A stretch of 64,000 bases of DNA. It comes from a virus. Taxonomy: Duplodnaviria; Caudoviricetes. The number at the start of each line of letters is the position of its first letter. The stretch's first letter is position 1. The translations under genes and the position numbers were made by a program. Shown piece by piece: positions 55,760-64,000 of the stretch. The notes under the pieces were generated by a model. It was not told the DNA's origin. It did no database searches and saw nothing but the letters and a program-made list of their open reading frames with translations. The stretch is from IMG/VR virus record IMGVR_UViG_2907388146_000002, positions 1 through 64,000 of that record; one strand, 5' to 3'.

Positions 55760-57166
55760 TTACTTCACTAAAACCAATTTGACACCCGTCGGATGTTCAT
55801 AGCCGATCCCTATTCCCCTCTCACCCAATTTTGAAAATTCTTCATTTGAAGGCGGAGTGGGTAAGTGTAAAACGACACGTGTCGTTTTACTTTCGAATCT
55901 GGTCCCAGATTTTTCTAAACAATCCGGTTCACTCTCTTTCGCAGCTCCCCAAGATAATTCGTCTTTTCTTATTTCGAATTCTGAATTTCGAAACTTGAGT
56001 GGAGCGTGTTCTCTAAAGTATTTTTCATAGATAATCTTCTTTCCGTCCACATACGTCATTGGATCCCTATTTTGTTTATAGAAGTTGATCAATGAACTAT
56101 GAAGATTTTTCTTTTCTGCCCACTGTAAAAAACATTCATGTCTAGTTTTAGGTTCCGGTTTATCCTGATCGACAAAACACTCGGAAGGCTTTCGTGACGG
56201 GATATCTTTCTTATTTGACACAGTTTCATTTTTTCTTTTCGGATATCTTTCTTTTGAAACTTGCCTTCTTCGATCTTGAGGAAATAGCCGTGCCCAAAAT
56301 TTAAAAAGTGTTTCCGGGCTCACTGCCTGCTTTGCCCAAAAATTCCCGTCCTCGCTTCTCAGTTGCATTAGGACTTGAATTTTGAAATGAACCTGGCTCC
56401 AATCTCCGTTTGTAGTTTCGTATATCCATTGCAAGCTCTTGAGTTCGGAAACCGGCTCTCCCATCGATATTCCATGTTCTTGGTTGTACGCCTTTTGGAA
56501 GGATTCAAGCCAAAGAGCTGGGAAACTCCAGGGTGTGGCTTTTTCATTTGGATTGTTTGCGGTTTTAAACGGCTGGTCTGCCAGGTCCTTCTCTCTAGAA
56601 GTATTTGAGTTTTGGTTTTTTAGGATTTGGTCCATTAGTACTTTGTCTTTAGTACTTAGTAGGGGCCGTTTTACCGGAGCCGAGTTTTCCACTTCTGGGG
56701 AAACCGGTGTCCGTTCTACCGAGAGCGGAAAAACCGTTCCTGGCAATTTCGCTTCCGGCTCTTCTGGTCTGTCAAATAATCCAGGCTCTAGATCGGCCTT
56801 CGATTTAGCCTTTTTGTTACTTACTTTAGCCGTCAAAACATACGGCTTCTTCGAAGTCTCAAAAAAATACCAGACTTGTGCGATTCTTCCGGTTTGTGGA
56901 TCCCTTTCACGGTTTAGCTCCGCGTAACCAAAATGCTCAAGCTCCCGAAGCCCGGCAACTGTGCTTTCTCTTTTGTCCGAAGCATGAGTTTGTAATTCCT
57001 CGCTATTTACAGACCAGTCGGGAGGAAGTTGTAAAATAAAGATTAAAAGACCACGAGCTTTCCAGCTAAGACGATGATCTCGGATCCATATATTCGAAGA
57101 GATCGTAAAGTCCCGTTCAATTCCTTCGGTATGAAATATCCTTTGTTTTTTTGAAAAGAGAATCAT
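55760..57166 (-). CDS. Phage replication initiator (N-terminal HTH)
   Basis: FTISSNIWIRDHRLSWKARGLL..LQLPPDW....L......STVAGLRELEHFGY; Pro-rich linker and LLST motif. Confidence 0.72.
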   Translation of the reverse strand: MILFSKKQRIFHTEGIERDFTISSNIWIRDHRLSWKARGLLIFILQLPPDWSVNSEELQTHASDKRESTVAGLRELEHFGYAELNRERDPQTGRIAQVWYFFETSKKPYVLTAKVSNKKAKSKADLEPGLFDRPEEPEAKLPGTVFPLSVERTPVSPEVENSAPVKRPLLSTKDKVLMDQILKNQNSNTSREKDLADQPFKTANNPNEKATPWSFPALWLESFQKAYNQEHGISMGEPVSELKSLQWIYETTNGDWSQVHFKIQVLMQLRSEDGNFWAKQAVSPETLFKFWARLFPQDRRRQVSKERYPKRKNETVSNKKDIPSRKPSECFVDQDKPEPKTRHECFLQWAEKKNLHSSLINFYKQNRDPMTYVDGKKIIYEKYFREHAPLKFRNSEFEIRKDELSWGAAKESEPDCLEKSGTRFESKTTRVVLHLPTPPSNEEFSKLGERGIGIGYEHPTGVKLVLVK

Positions 57167-57519
57167 ACACTTATGCTCTTCTCGTTTCGAAACAAATCTG
57201 AAACGATCTCAAAGCAAGAAAACGGACTTTGGATTCCCAAATCTGCTCTCAAATCCCAGGCATTCGAGAGAGCCCCCAATATCTCACGGACTCGTTCCAT
57301 TGAATCAGTGAAGTAAAAAAGATATCCTCGTTCCTTGAATAGCACGGCCTCCCCGATTTCAACCGAAAGCCCAGATATACGAGAACACTTGTATACCAAT
57401 GGCTCCAACGGACTTTTCAAGAAACGATACTCAGTGAGGAGTTTTTCAAGAGGAGGAGAATCCGGCAGGGAGATTGCACTCGAAGCGGAAGAAGAATTCG
57501 GAGAAAGCAAATTTTCCAA
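57163..57519 (-). CDS. Hypothetical protein
   Basis: 118 aa, overlapping the initiator start. Confidence 0.5.
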   Translation of the reverse strand: MENLLSPNSSSASSAISLPDSPPLEKLLTEYRFLKSPLEPLVYKCSRISGLSVEIGEAVLFKERGYLFYFTDSMERVREILGALSNAWDLRADLGIQSPFSCFEIVSDLFRNEKSISV

Positions 57520-57759
57520 GAGTTGATTCCTTGTGATAAATTCTATTTTTTGAAATATATCTTATTTAAGTTTTTCAGGATGTCCTCATCGGTTCGTCGT
57601 TTGGGAAGGATGAATAAAATGACCACCCCTACCCCGCCGACCAAGAGAATCCCGCAAAAAACAATCAGGATAGCTTCCATTTCTTCCCCTCCTCGAAATG
57701 AAATTTTTCAGCTCGGGTATTTCCCCCAAACTGTTCAAAATACCAAAATATAGGTTTTA

Positions 57760-57972
57760 TTACTTTTGAGAATCATTGACTTCCTGATCCTTCAAATACC
57801 AAATTTCTTCTTCCATGATCCAATCAATGCACCAAATAAAGGACTCGTCCCGAAGCATAACTTCATTTGTATATCGATCATATACTTCAAAATAGGCAAT
57901 CTTATCTTTCTGGGTTTTGACTTCACGAAATTTATACTGCTCGATCGGCCTCAAGATTTTCGGCTTCGTCAT
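57760..57972 (-). CDS. Hypothetical protein
   Basis: 70 aa, G-rich SD. Confidence 0.55.
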   Translation of the reverse strand: MTKPKILRPIEQYKFREVKTQKDKIAYFEVYDRYTNEVMLRDESFIWCIDWIMEEEIWYLKDQEVNDSQK

Positions 57973-58274
57973 TGCCCCCTAAGTAGGTTCCCGAGAATTC
58001 TTTAAGAAGAAATTTCATTCCTTTTTGAGTTATGACCGTCTCTTTATAATAACGATTTACCGGAATTTGCTCCGTTAAAATATATGCTTGCCTTATCGTA
58101 AGCATTGCATATTTCTCGCTATATTCCGGGTTATTCGCACAGGATTTCGTCTATCAACGCAAACCGTACTCTGGTAAAACTGAAAGGTAATCACTTGATC
58201 CGTAGACATGGAGTAACTCTAATAATTTTCTTCCTTTCTCCGCAAAATCGGAGCTAAAGGACTTGTCTTATATT

Positions 58275-58320
58275 GTGCGGTTAGCGCACTCTGTAAACTA
58301 AAAAACTGCGGATTTTGCAC
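58275..58320. promoter_or_regulatory. Two 15-bp pseudo-palindromic candidate repressor operators
   Basis: GTGCGGTTAGCGCAC (58275-58289) and CTGCGGATTTTGCAC (58306-58320), 10/15 identical, in the divergent gap before the repressor. Confidence 0.55.
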
Positions 58321-58328
58321 TTTTTATT

Positions 58329-58697
58329 ATGACCTTAAAAGAACGCTTTGAAAGTATCGAAGAAGAAAACAATCTTACTCACGATCAGTTTGCAAAGGAA
58401 ATCGGAACGTCCAGGAGACAGTACTTCGCTTACAAGAAAGGAGAGCCTGTTCCGGAATACAGATTTGATATAATTGAATCGAAATTTAATGTTCGAAGAG
58501 AATGGATTAAAGAAGAAGAAGGTGAGAAATATATCACCGATGAATTTGAAGAAATGAATTCAAAATTGAGAACGATTAAGAAGCTAGAGAGCCTTGGTAT
58601 TTGGTCTTATCTTGAGGCCTTACCTTCGAACCTTCCAAAAGCGAAGAAGACGATGATTCAAGAATTTCTACGTTTTGCATCTGGCGGCGAAAAATAG
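58329..58697 (+). CDS. XRE-family HTH repressor (CI-like, no peptidase domain)
   Basis: LKERF..IEEENNLTHDQFAKEIGTSRRQY..YKKG...FNVRREWI..EEGE. Confidence 0.82.
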   Translation: MTLKERFESIEEENNLTHDQFAKEIGTSRRQYFAYKKGEPVPEYRFDIIESKFNVRREWIKEEEGEKYITDEFEEMNSKLRTIKKLESLGIWSYLEALPSNLPKAKKTMIQEFLRFASGGEK

Positions 58698-59540
58698 CCA
58701 GTTGTTCAGTGACCGCTCCTTCTGCCGCTCGCTTAGGAGATTGCCCTTTCAACATCTTTCCGAACATTCTTCGTAATACCGAAACTAATTCTTTCTTCAA
58801 AATTTCATCGTTCACAAAACACCCTGTTTTAACCGTCTTAAAGTCTATCGGCTTCTTGTGTCAATTCAGCTTCCACATGATGACTAAAAAATATGTTCTT
58901 TTTTGAAACGACATGGCAGGGCTGAAAGTTTAGCAATCGTATTTTGTTCAGTATAATTTTGACCTTTAATTATATTCGACTGGCTTCAGAGATCCGACAT
59001 TTAATTTCGAAATTGTTTAATCCGAAATGCCGAACTTTTAGATGCTCAATCGTAACCTCACTGAATCAAAAAAGACCTTCGGTTTTTTAAATTGTTTTAT
59101 TATTTGTTTTAGATGAAAATTGCCTCTTAACATAACCCAAATCACCTATTTTACATTTTGCCCCTCCCCTATCCGCCCTCCCGCAGAAAGAAAAGCACAC
59201 AGTGAAAAATATCGGAAAATCGAGTTTTTTGGGGAATTTTGTTTATTTCGTATTATGTCCCTTAAAAAATATTCAATTAGCGCTCTTTTCAATCCTTTGG
59301 TCCCCACTTCAATAGGCCAAGTACCCGGAAAATACTTTATAGCACCTTCTTAAATGTCAGCTCAAAACCAGCTCCGTAATATTTTGATTCAATTGAAATA
59401 TATTTGGCTCATAGCTTCTTTTGTTTAATTTTCTAAATTTTTAGCCATTTTATTAGCTACTCAAAAGTTTAAATATTGGATTCGCCACCTATTGAAAGCT
59501 TAATCTTTCATCATATCGCCAATTTTAGTCGAGCCCAACT

Positions 59541-59588
59541 TTTTTCCATTTCAAATGGGAATGCGCGTTCCCATTTGAAATGGAAAAA
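59541..59588. repeat. Perfect 21-bp inverted repeat, candidate parS/operator upstream of parA
   Basis: tttttccatttcaaatgggaa-tgcgcg-ttcccatttgaaatggaaaaa. Confidence 0.75.
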
Positions 59589-59660
59589 TATTTTTAAAAT
59601 TTTCCAGTTTTTTATTTTTGCGCTTTCTCAATTTTCCTTGTTTTTTACTCTTTCTAATTG

Positions 59661-60413
59661 ATGAAAATTATACCAATTTGTTCAGGGAAAGGTGGCGTGG
59701 GTAAAACCACAAATACTATATACTTAGGGCAAACCCTATCTCATCTAGGAAACAAAGTTCTGGCTATTGACTTTGATTTCAATCGAAGCCTCAGCAAATT
59801 CATGTTCTCTCATTTCAAACTAAATGAGCAGGAGGCTATTTACAAAAACTCCTTCAATATGCTCATGGATGCTGAAAATTACGAAAATTACATTTTCAAA
59901 ACTGGACATGGAATCGATTTTATTCCTGCCGTCGAAAAACTTAAAAAAGTTGATTTGGAATTTTATGACGATCCAAGACTTAAATTTAGATTTGAAAAAT
60001 TGCTAAGGAAATTAGATTACGATTTTATCCTATTAGATCTCCATAACGTCGTAAACGTAGTCCTATTAGCCGCCCTTCATAGCGCAGACCACGTAATTTC
60101 TCCCATTGAATATGGGGCATGGAGCTTTGACGGTACAGATGACATGTTAAAAGTTTTTAAAGAAACAGAAGCGGCTTTAAAGAAAAAAATCAACTTCACC
60201 GTGGTTCCCTCAAGAATCCCTAAAAATAAAATAGAAGAGCTAATTGAAGTTTGCGAATATAACGGATTAAACGTTAGTAAATTTGCGAATATTAATGACA
60301 ACACTGTCCATACAGCGTCAAATTTAGGTGAATTTTTAAACCCGAAAAAACATTCTGCATTCGATCGTTTTTTAATTTTAGCTAACGAGGTTTCCAATGG
60401 CAGAAAAAAATAA
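59661..60413 (+). CDS. parA: ParA partition ATPase
   Basis: Deviant Walker A KGGVGKTT, VLAIDFD, DFILLD. Confidence 0.93.
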   Translation: MKIIPICSGKGGVGKTTNTIYLGQTLSHLGNKVLAIDFDFNRSLSKFMFSHFKLNEQEAIYKNSFNMLMDAENYENYIFKTGHGIDFIPAVEKLKKVDLEFYDDPRLKFRFEKLLRKLDYDFILLDLHNVVNVVLLAALHSADHVISPIEYGAWSFDGTDDMLKVFKETEAALKKKINFTVVPSRIPKNKIEELIEVCEYNGLNVSKFANINDNTVHTASNLGEFLNPKKHSAFDRFLILANEVSNGRKK

Positions 60414-61035
60414 ATTAAGTAGGAGAGAGTTAGTTAAGGCATCCTTAAAAAAGAATAAGGATGTAGAGCAGCCAAAAACCCCTTCAACAAATAGTGATGT
60501 TAAGTCAATTGACCCCCAACTTGAAAAACTTAGAGATTTTTTTAAATCATTACTTAACGCTCACAGAAGGACCATTTCCGCATCAATTGAATTTGGCGAG
60601 CAATTGTATAATGCCAAAATTTCCATTGGCCACGGAGGCTTTATTGATTATATCGAAAAAAATAAAGCTTACTTAGGTTTCGATAGACGCGCTGCAAGTA
60701 ACTATTTGAGAATTTATCAATTTCAGCAATTTATCAGCAAGGATGCTAAAACTATTCAGGAAGCGATTAGTGATATCAGGGCAGCCACAAAAGGATTACC
60801 GGATCCAGATGTAGAAAAGCGACTTGAAAAAGAAATAAACCCACTTGAATATAATTATACAAAAGCAAAGAAACTGTATCATTTATTCAAAAAGAAAAGT
60901 AAAGGGAAAAAGGGCCTGAAGAAGCCTGTTGCAGATTACATTAAAAGATTTATCGAAGAGGAAATTGAAAAAGAAAATAATAAACATACTGAAATCATTT
61001 CTAATCTTGAAAATGACTTAAAACTCCTCCTGTAA
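60397..61035 (+). CDS. Non-canonical ParB-like partner (DUF3102-like HTH)
   Basis: SIEFGEQLYNAK..IGHGGFIDYIE.......RRAASNYLRIY; overlaps the parA stop. Confidence 0.7.
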   Translation: MAEKNKLSRRELVKASLKKNKDVEQPKTPSTNSDVKSIDPQLEKLRDFFKSLLNAHRRTISASIEFGEQLYNAKISIGHGGFIDYIEKNKAYLGFDRRAASNYLRIYQFQQFISKDAKTIQEAISDIRAATKGLPDPDVEKRLEKEINPLEYNYTKAKKLYHLFKKKSKGKKGLKKPVADYIKRFIEEEIEKENNKHTEIISNLENDLKLLL

Positions 61036-61066
61036 TTCAAATGGGAACACATATTCCCATTTGAAT
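61035..61066. repeat. Second copy of the par inverted repeat downstream of parB
   Basis: attcaaatgggaa-cacata-ttcccatttgaat. Confidence 0.75.
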
Positions 61067-61470
61067 CGTAACATTTCAGATTATCCTCCAGTTAAAATTA
61101 TTTTTAATATTTCTCCAAAAAAGAGTACCCAAAAAGAGTACATAGTTTATAGTCGTTGCGTAATCTCCTTCCGAGATTCGTTTTCAGAAAAAGCCTGCGA
61201 AGGGGTGAGATACTTCGCAGGCATTCCTACTTTTTTTACTTAAAGTGACATAATTTTACTTGACTATCGTTTAGTACTATATTCTAGTCCGAATTTGAAA
61301 TAGCTTTAGGAGACATAACTAAAGCGCGGCTTATCTCACATTTTGCCGTCTGAAAACGAATCGAGGACCATCAATAGGCTCCGCGCCTAAACCATGCTCC
61401 CCGTTTCTTACTGTAGAGTAGGGTAATACACTTACCATGCGCGCCCGAAGTATGTCCGCATCGGTAAAAA

Positions 61471-62604
61471 TTGAGCAAAGCAATGGAAGCAAATCAGCAA
61501 ATCCAGGGAAAATATCGCCCTGGGCCTATCGATCAAATGAGGATATTGAGAAGTAAAAAGGATTTACTGGCAAAGGTCGCTCAACTTGATATAAACAACA
61601 GAGCAAGAGGTTTTGAAGGTTGCACGGCAACAAATAAAGAAATTGGAGAATATGTAGATTTGGCTGAAACGACAGTTTCAAAATATATTCGAGAATTTCG
61701 AAGAGAAGGAATCTTAATTCAAGTCTCTTTTCGCGGCACATATAGAGTACTTAGAATTTGCGACGAATTGCATAAGGCAATCGTACAGGAAAAAAATCGA
61801 AATTTAGAACGCTATGATTCAAAAAAAGCCCCGGACTCTAATCCTAGTCAAAGCAGCAAGGGTAGTACTGAGGGTAAAAAAAGCCTAGGACAGAGGTACC
61901 AAAATGCCCCGTACCACGAGTCGTCCTCTTGTTGTACTTCCCTAGAGACTTCTGTACCAACTTATGTACACCCTACATTTGATGAAAATGGAGATGAATG
62001 GAAAAAGTTCTTAACCTATTCAGATGAAAGACTAACAAAGAGTAGTAGAATTGTATTGCATGAGTTAAAAGTAAACTCAGACGGAAAAACCCTTACACTT
62101 TCGAAAGGAGTTTCAGATTCACTTTTAAATTTAATTTCGAAATATTTCGCGGAAGAAATGAAATTGAAACTCATAGTAAAAATTCAATCCAACAACACTT
62201 TAGTAACAGAAAATAACGATTCAAATTTAGAGTCGGAAAAAAATAGGAAAGAATCTTTTCTACCAGAAACCCAAATTGAAAACCAAAAACTTTCTGAAGT
62301 TTCTATTGTGCCACAGAACGTAATGTCCGAGACAAAAATAGAATACGAATATTTCTATAACATCCGATTCCGAGACGAGGCAATAAGAGGATTTTTAGAC
62401 TATTCTAATTTAAAGTTAGAACGATCTGACTTGGACATTTTAAGAAGCGTAAGAATCCATTATGATTTTGAGAAGATAACATTTTTTGACCCGATTCCAG
62501 AGAAACTTAAAAACCATATAAGAGAATACTTTTACTATAAAACAAAATCAGTGATAGCGCCCGTGTTTATGGAAAATAGGATACACTTTCATTCGGCAGC
62601 TTGA
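61471..62604 (+). CDS. rep: Plasmid-type replication initiator Rep (winged HTH)
   Basis: CTATNKEIGEYVDLAETTVSKYIREFRREGIL wHTH; follows parAB. Confidence 0.75.
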   Translation: MSKAMEANQQIQGKYRPGPIDQMRILRSKKDLLAKVAQLDINNRARGFEGCTATNKEIGEYVDLAETTVSKYIREFRREGILIQVSFRGTYRVLRICDELHKAIVQEKNRNLERYDSKKAPDSNPSQSSKGSTEGKKSLGQRYQNAPYHESSSCCTSLETSVPTYVHPTFDENGDEWKKFLTYSDERLTKSSRIVLHELKVNSDGKTLTLSKGVSDSLLNLISKYFAEEMKLKLIVKIQSNNTLVTENNDSNLESEKNRKESFLPETQIENQKLSEVSIVPQNVMSETKIEYEYFYNIRFRDEAIRGFLDYSNLKLERSDLDILRSVRIHYDFEKITFFDPIPEKLKNHIREYFYYKTKSVIAPVFMENRIHFHSAA

Positions 62605-62746
62605 TTTATTCTGAATTAGTATATTATTTATTCATAAATTATTTTGCACCTTTTGTTCGAAGTTGGTAGCCCTCTCGAATAAGAAGTTCATAAGTGAATG
62701 AAAATAATAATGTTTGCGAATATTTTGGGCAAGATAAGGAAATAAT

Positions 62747-63592
62747 ATGATTTTGAAAAATATTGTTACCAAAAGGGAAGGGGATGCCAATTGTTCCAAG
62801 TGCGGTGGAGTTGGGTTTTACCTAACCGAAAAAACGGCCGGTCAAATCTCTAGTGTTTTAACGCTATGTGGGTGTACTTCTGAAAATTGCCCCTGTAACG
62901 GAAAGCAACCTTGGATGGTCTTTGATTCTTCACAAAGTAAAATGATTCCGTGCGTTTGTCACGCGGCTCGAATGGAACTCGGGAAATACGAAACTTTGTT
63001 CAATAAGTCGGGAATTCCTCCTAAATATAAATTTAGAACTTTCGACCAAATGGAGCACGATTCGAGTATTGGAATTCAATTCACGATTGCCCATGACTGG
63101 GGATGTGAATTGGTAAAGAATTGGAACGATGATAAAATCCAAAATGAGGGATTATATCTCTGGGGAAATCCAGGAACAGGAAAGACCTTGTTGGCCTGTG
63201 GAATCTTAAACGAGATGATCTTTCGTTATCAGGAAAATTGCAAATACGCTAAGATTAACAGAGATTTCTTTGATAAGATTAGAGACTCCTATCAAAAGGG
63301 ATCAGAGATACACGGAAAAGAAAAAGCGATCGAAACAGAGTTTGCAAACGTTCCAATACTTGTACTGGACGATTTTGGGGTACAAAAGGAAACTGATTGG
63401 TCAAATTCTAAGTTGTACGACTTGATTGATGCTCGCTACGAACAAGGACGAGTAACTATAATTACTTCGAACTTTCCTTTATCAACTTTCAAAAACCAAG
63501 CAGAGGGAAGAGTGTATTCCAGATTGTGCGAAATGACGAAAGAGTTATCGCTGTCCGAGTGTAGTGATTATCGAGAAAAATTAGCAAAATAA
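62747..63592 (+). CDS. DnaC/IstB-like AAA+ helicase loader with N-terminal Cys-rich Zn region
   Basis: CSKCGG, CPC, CVC; Walker A GNPGTGKT, Walker B LVLDDFG, IDARY...TIITSN, RVYSRL. Confidence 0.88.
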   Translation: MILKNIVTKREGDANCSKCGGVGFYLTEKTAGQISSVLTLCGCTSENCPCNGKQPWMVFDSSQSKMIPCVCHAARMELGKYETLFNKSGIPPKYKFRTFDQMEHDSSIGIQFTIAHDWGCELVKNWNDDKIQNEGLYLWGNPGTGKTLLACGILNEMIFRYQENCKYAKINRDFFDKIRDSYQKGSEIHGKEKAIETEFANVPILVLDDFGVQKETDWSNSKLYDLIDARYEQGRVTIITSNFPLSTFKNQAEGRVYSRLCEMTKELSLSECSDYREKLAK

Positions 63593-64000
63593 TTTCTAAA
63601 CGAATGCTCCTTGTTGAGAAGGTTGTATCAATAAGGACATTTCAATACTTCCCTATGATCTGGTCACGATTCTTAGATTATTCTGAAATCGAATATTTTG
63701 AATGGAATTAGCATGGGAAACGGAAATATAATATACCTTTGGATTATAGCACAGGGATTTATGTTAACGCCAAGATTAATTAAGATTCTCTGTATATTCC
63801 GAATATGTCAGGACGTAAAATCTCGCACCAATGTGAAAGAGTGGCGTCTCGAATTGAACATTTGTAACCGATTTCAGGTCGTTTCAAAATACCTTCTTCA
63901 CTTCCTTCTCCAGATAAAAATCGTAAATATCAAGTTCAACATAGATAAGACCGCAAGACAAATCAATGCGGTTTGATAAAATCTTTCTTTAGAAGATACC

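Larger units (their letters stand above)
1..64000. mobile_element. Temperate contractile-tailed phage / phage-plasmid (partial genome)
   Basis: Terminase, portal, capsid, protease, sheath, tube, baseplate, lysis, repressor and parA-parB-rep genes throughout; no host housekeeping genes or integrase seen. Confidence 0.93.

Noticed and set aside
5630-56927. Numerous antisense or overlapping ORFs in the six-frame track (e.g. 5630-6052, 13588-13971, 21328-21594, 56439-56927)
   Set aside because: They are fully nested in well-supported genes, with no motifs or start signals, so I treated them as shadows.
57932-58105. 57-aa ORF with a KilAC/antirepressor-like ETVITQKGMKFL segment
   Set aside because: The similarity is too short, the ORF overlaps the next gene by 41 nt, and there is no N-terminal domain. 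It cannot be supported.
58576-58815. 79-aa ORF convergently overlapping the repressor by 122 nt
   Set aside because: No recognisable motif and a large antisense overlap. It may be real, but it is unsupported.
63600-64000. 92-aa plus-strand ORF and short minus-strand frames at the right edge
   Set aside because: No motif. Several competing short frames are present and the truncated context prevents a call.

Overview
The whole window is part of a temperate myovirus-type phage genome that is probably maintained as a plasmid. It has parA/parB-like/rep/dnaC-like genes and no integrase in view. A Leptospira LE1-like phage-plasmid is my inference from the parA-parB-rep layout and a spirochaete-type lipoprotein signal. 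From left to right it contains: an AT-rich defence/TA island (two HEPN-motif proteins, HicAB, and a structured RNA-like element with two tRNA T-arm mimics); a lysis cassette (putative YkuD-fold endolysin, holin, unimolecular-spanin-like lipoprotein); scrambled head, tail and baseplate blocks (portal on the opposite strand and about 40 kb from the terminase) interrupted by a GNAT TA cassette and a DUF3800 cassette; two large polyvalent proteins; terminase; a methyltransferase/ParB module; a second replication initiator; a repressor switch; and the partition/replication module. The strongest sequence-level observations are (1) a 152-nt closed-stem RNA-like element directly after a HEPN gene, (2) 13 copies of a (T/A)CCGAT-N14-YAnnnT motif mostly 6-8 nt upstream of late-gene start codons, (3) a textbook -1 frameshift cassette that adds a 12-Cys domain to a tail protein, (4) a shared inverted repeat on both sides of parAB, and (5) an A9 slippery run in the tail assembly chaperone. 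All family assignments come from recognising motifs by eye. No database searches were run.
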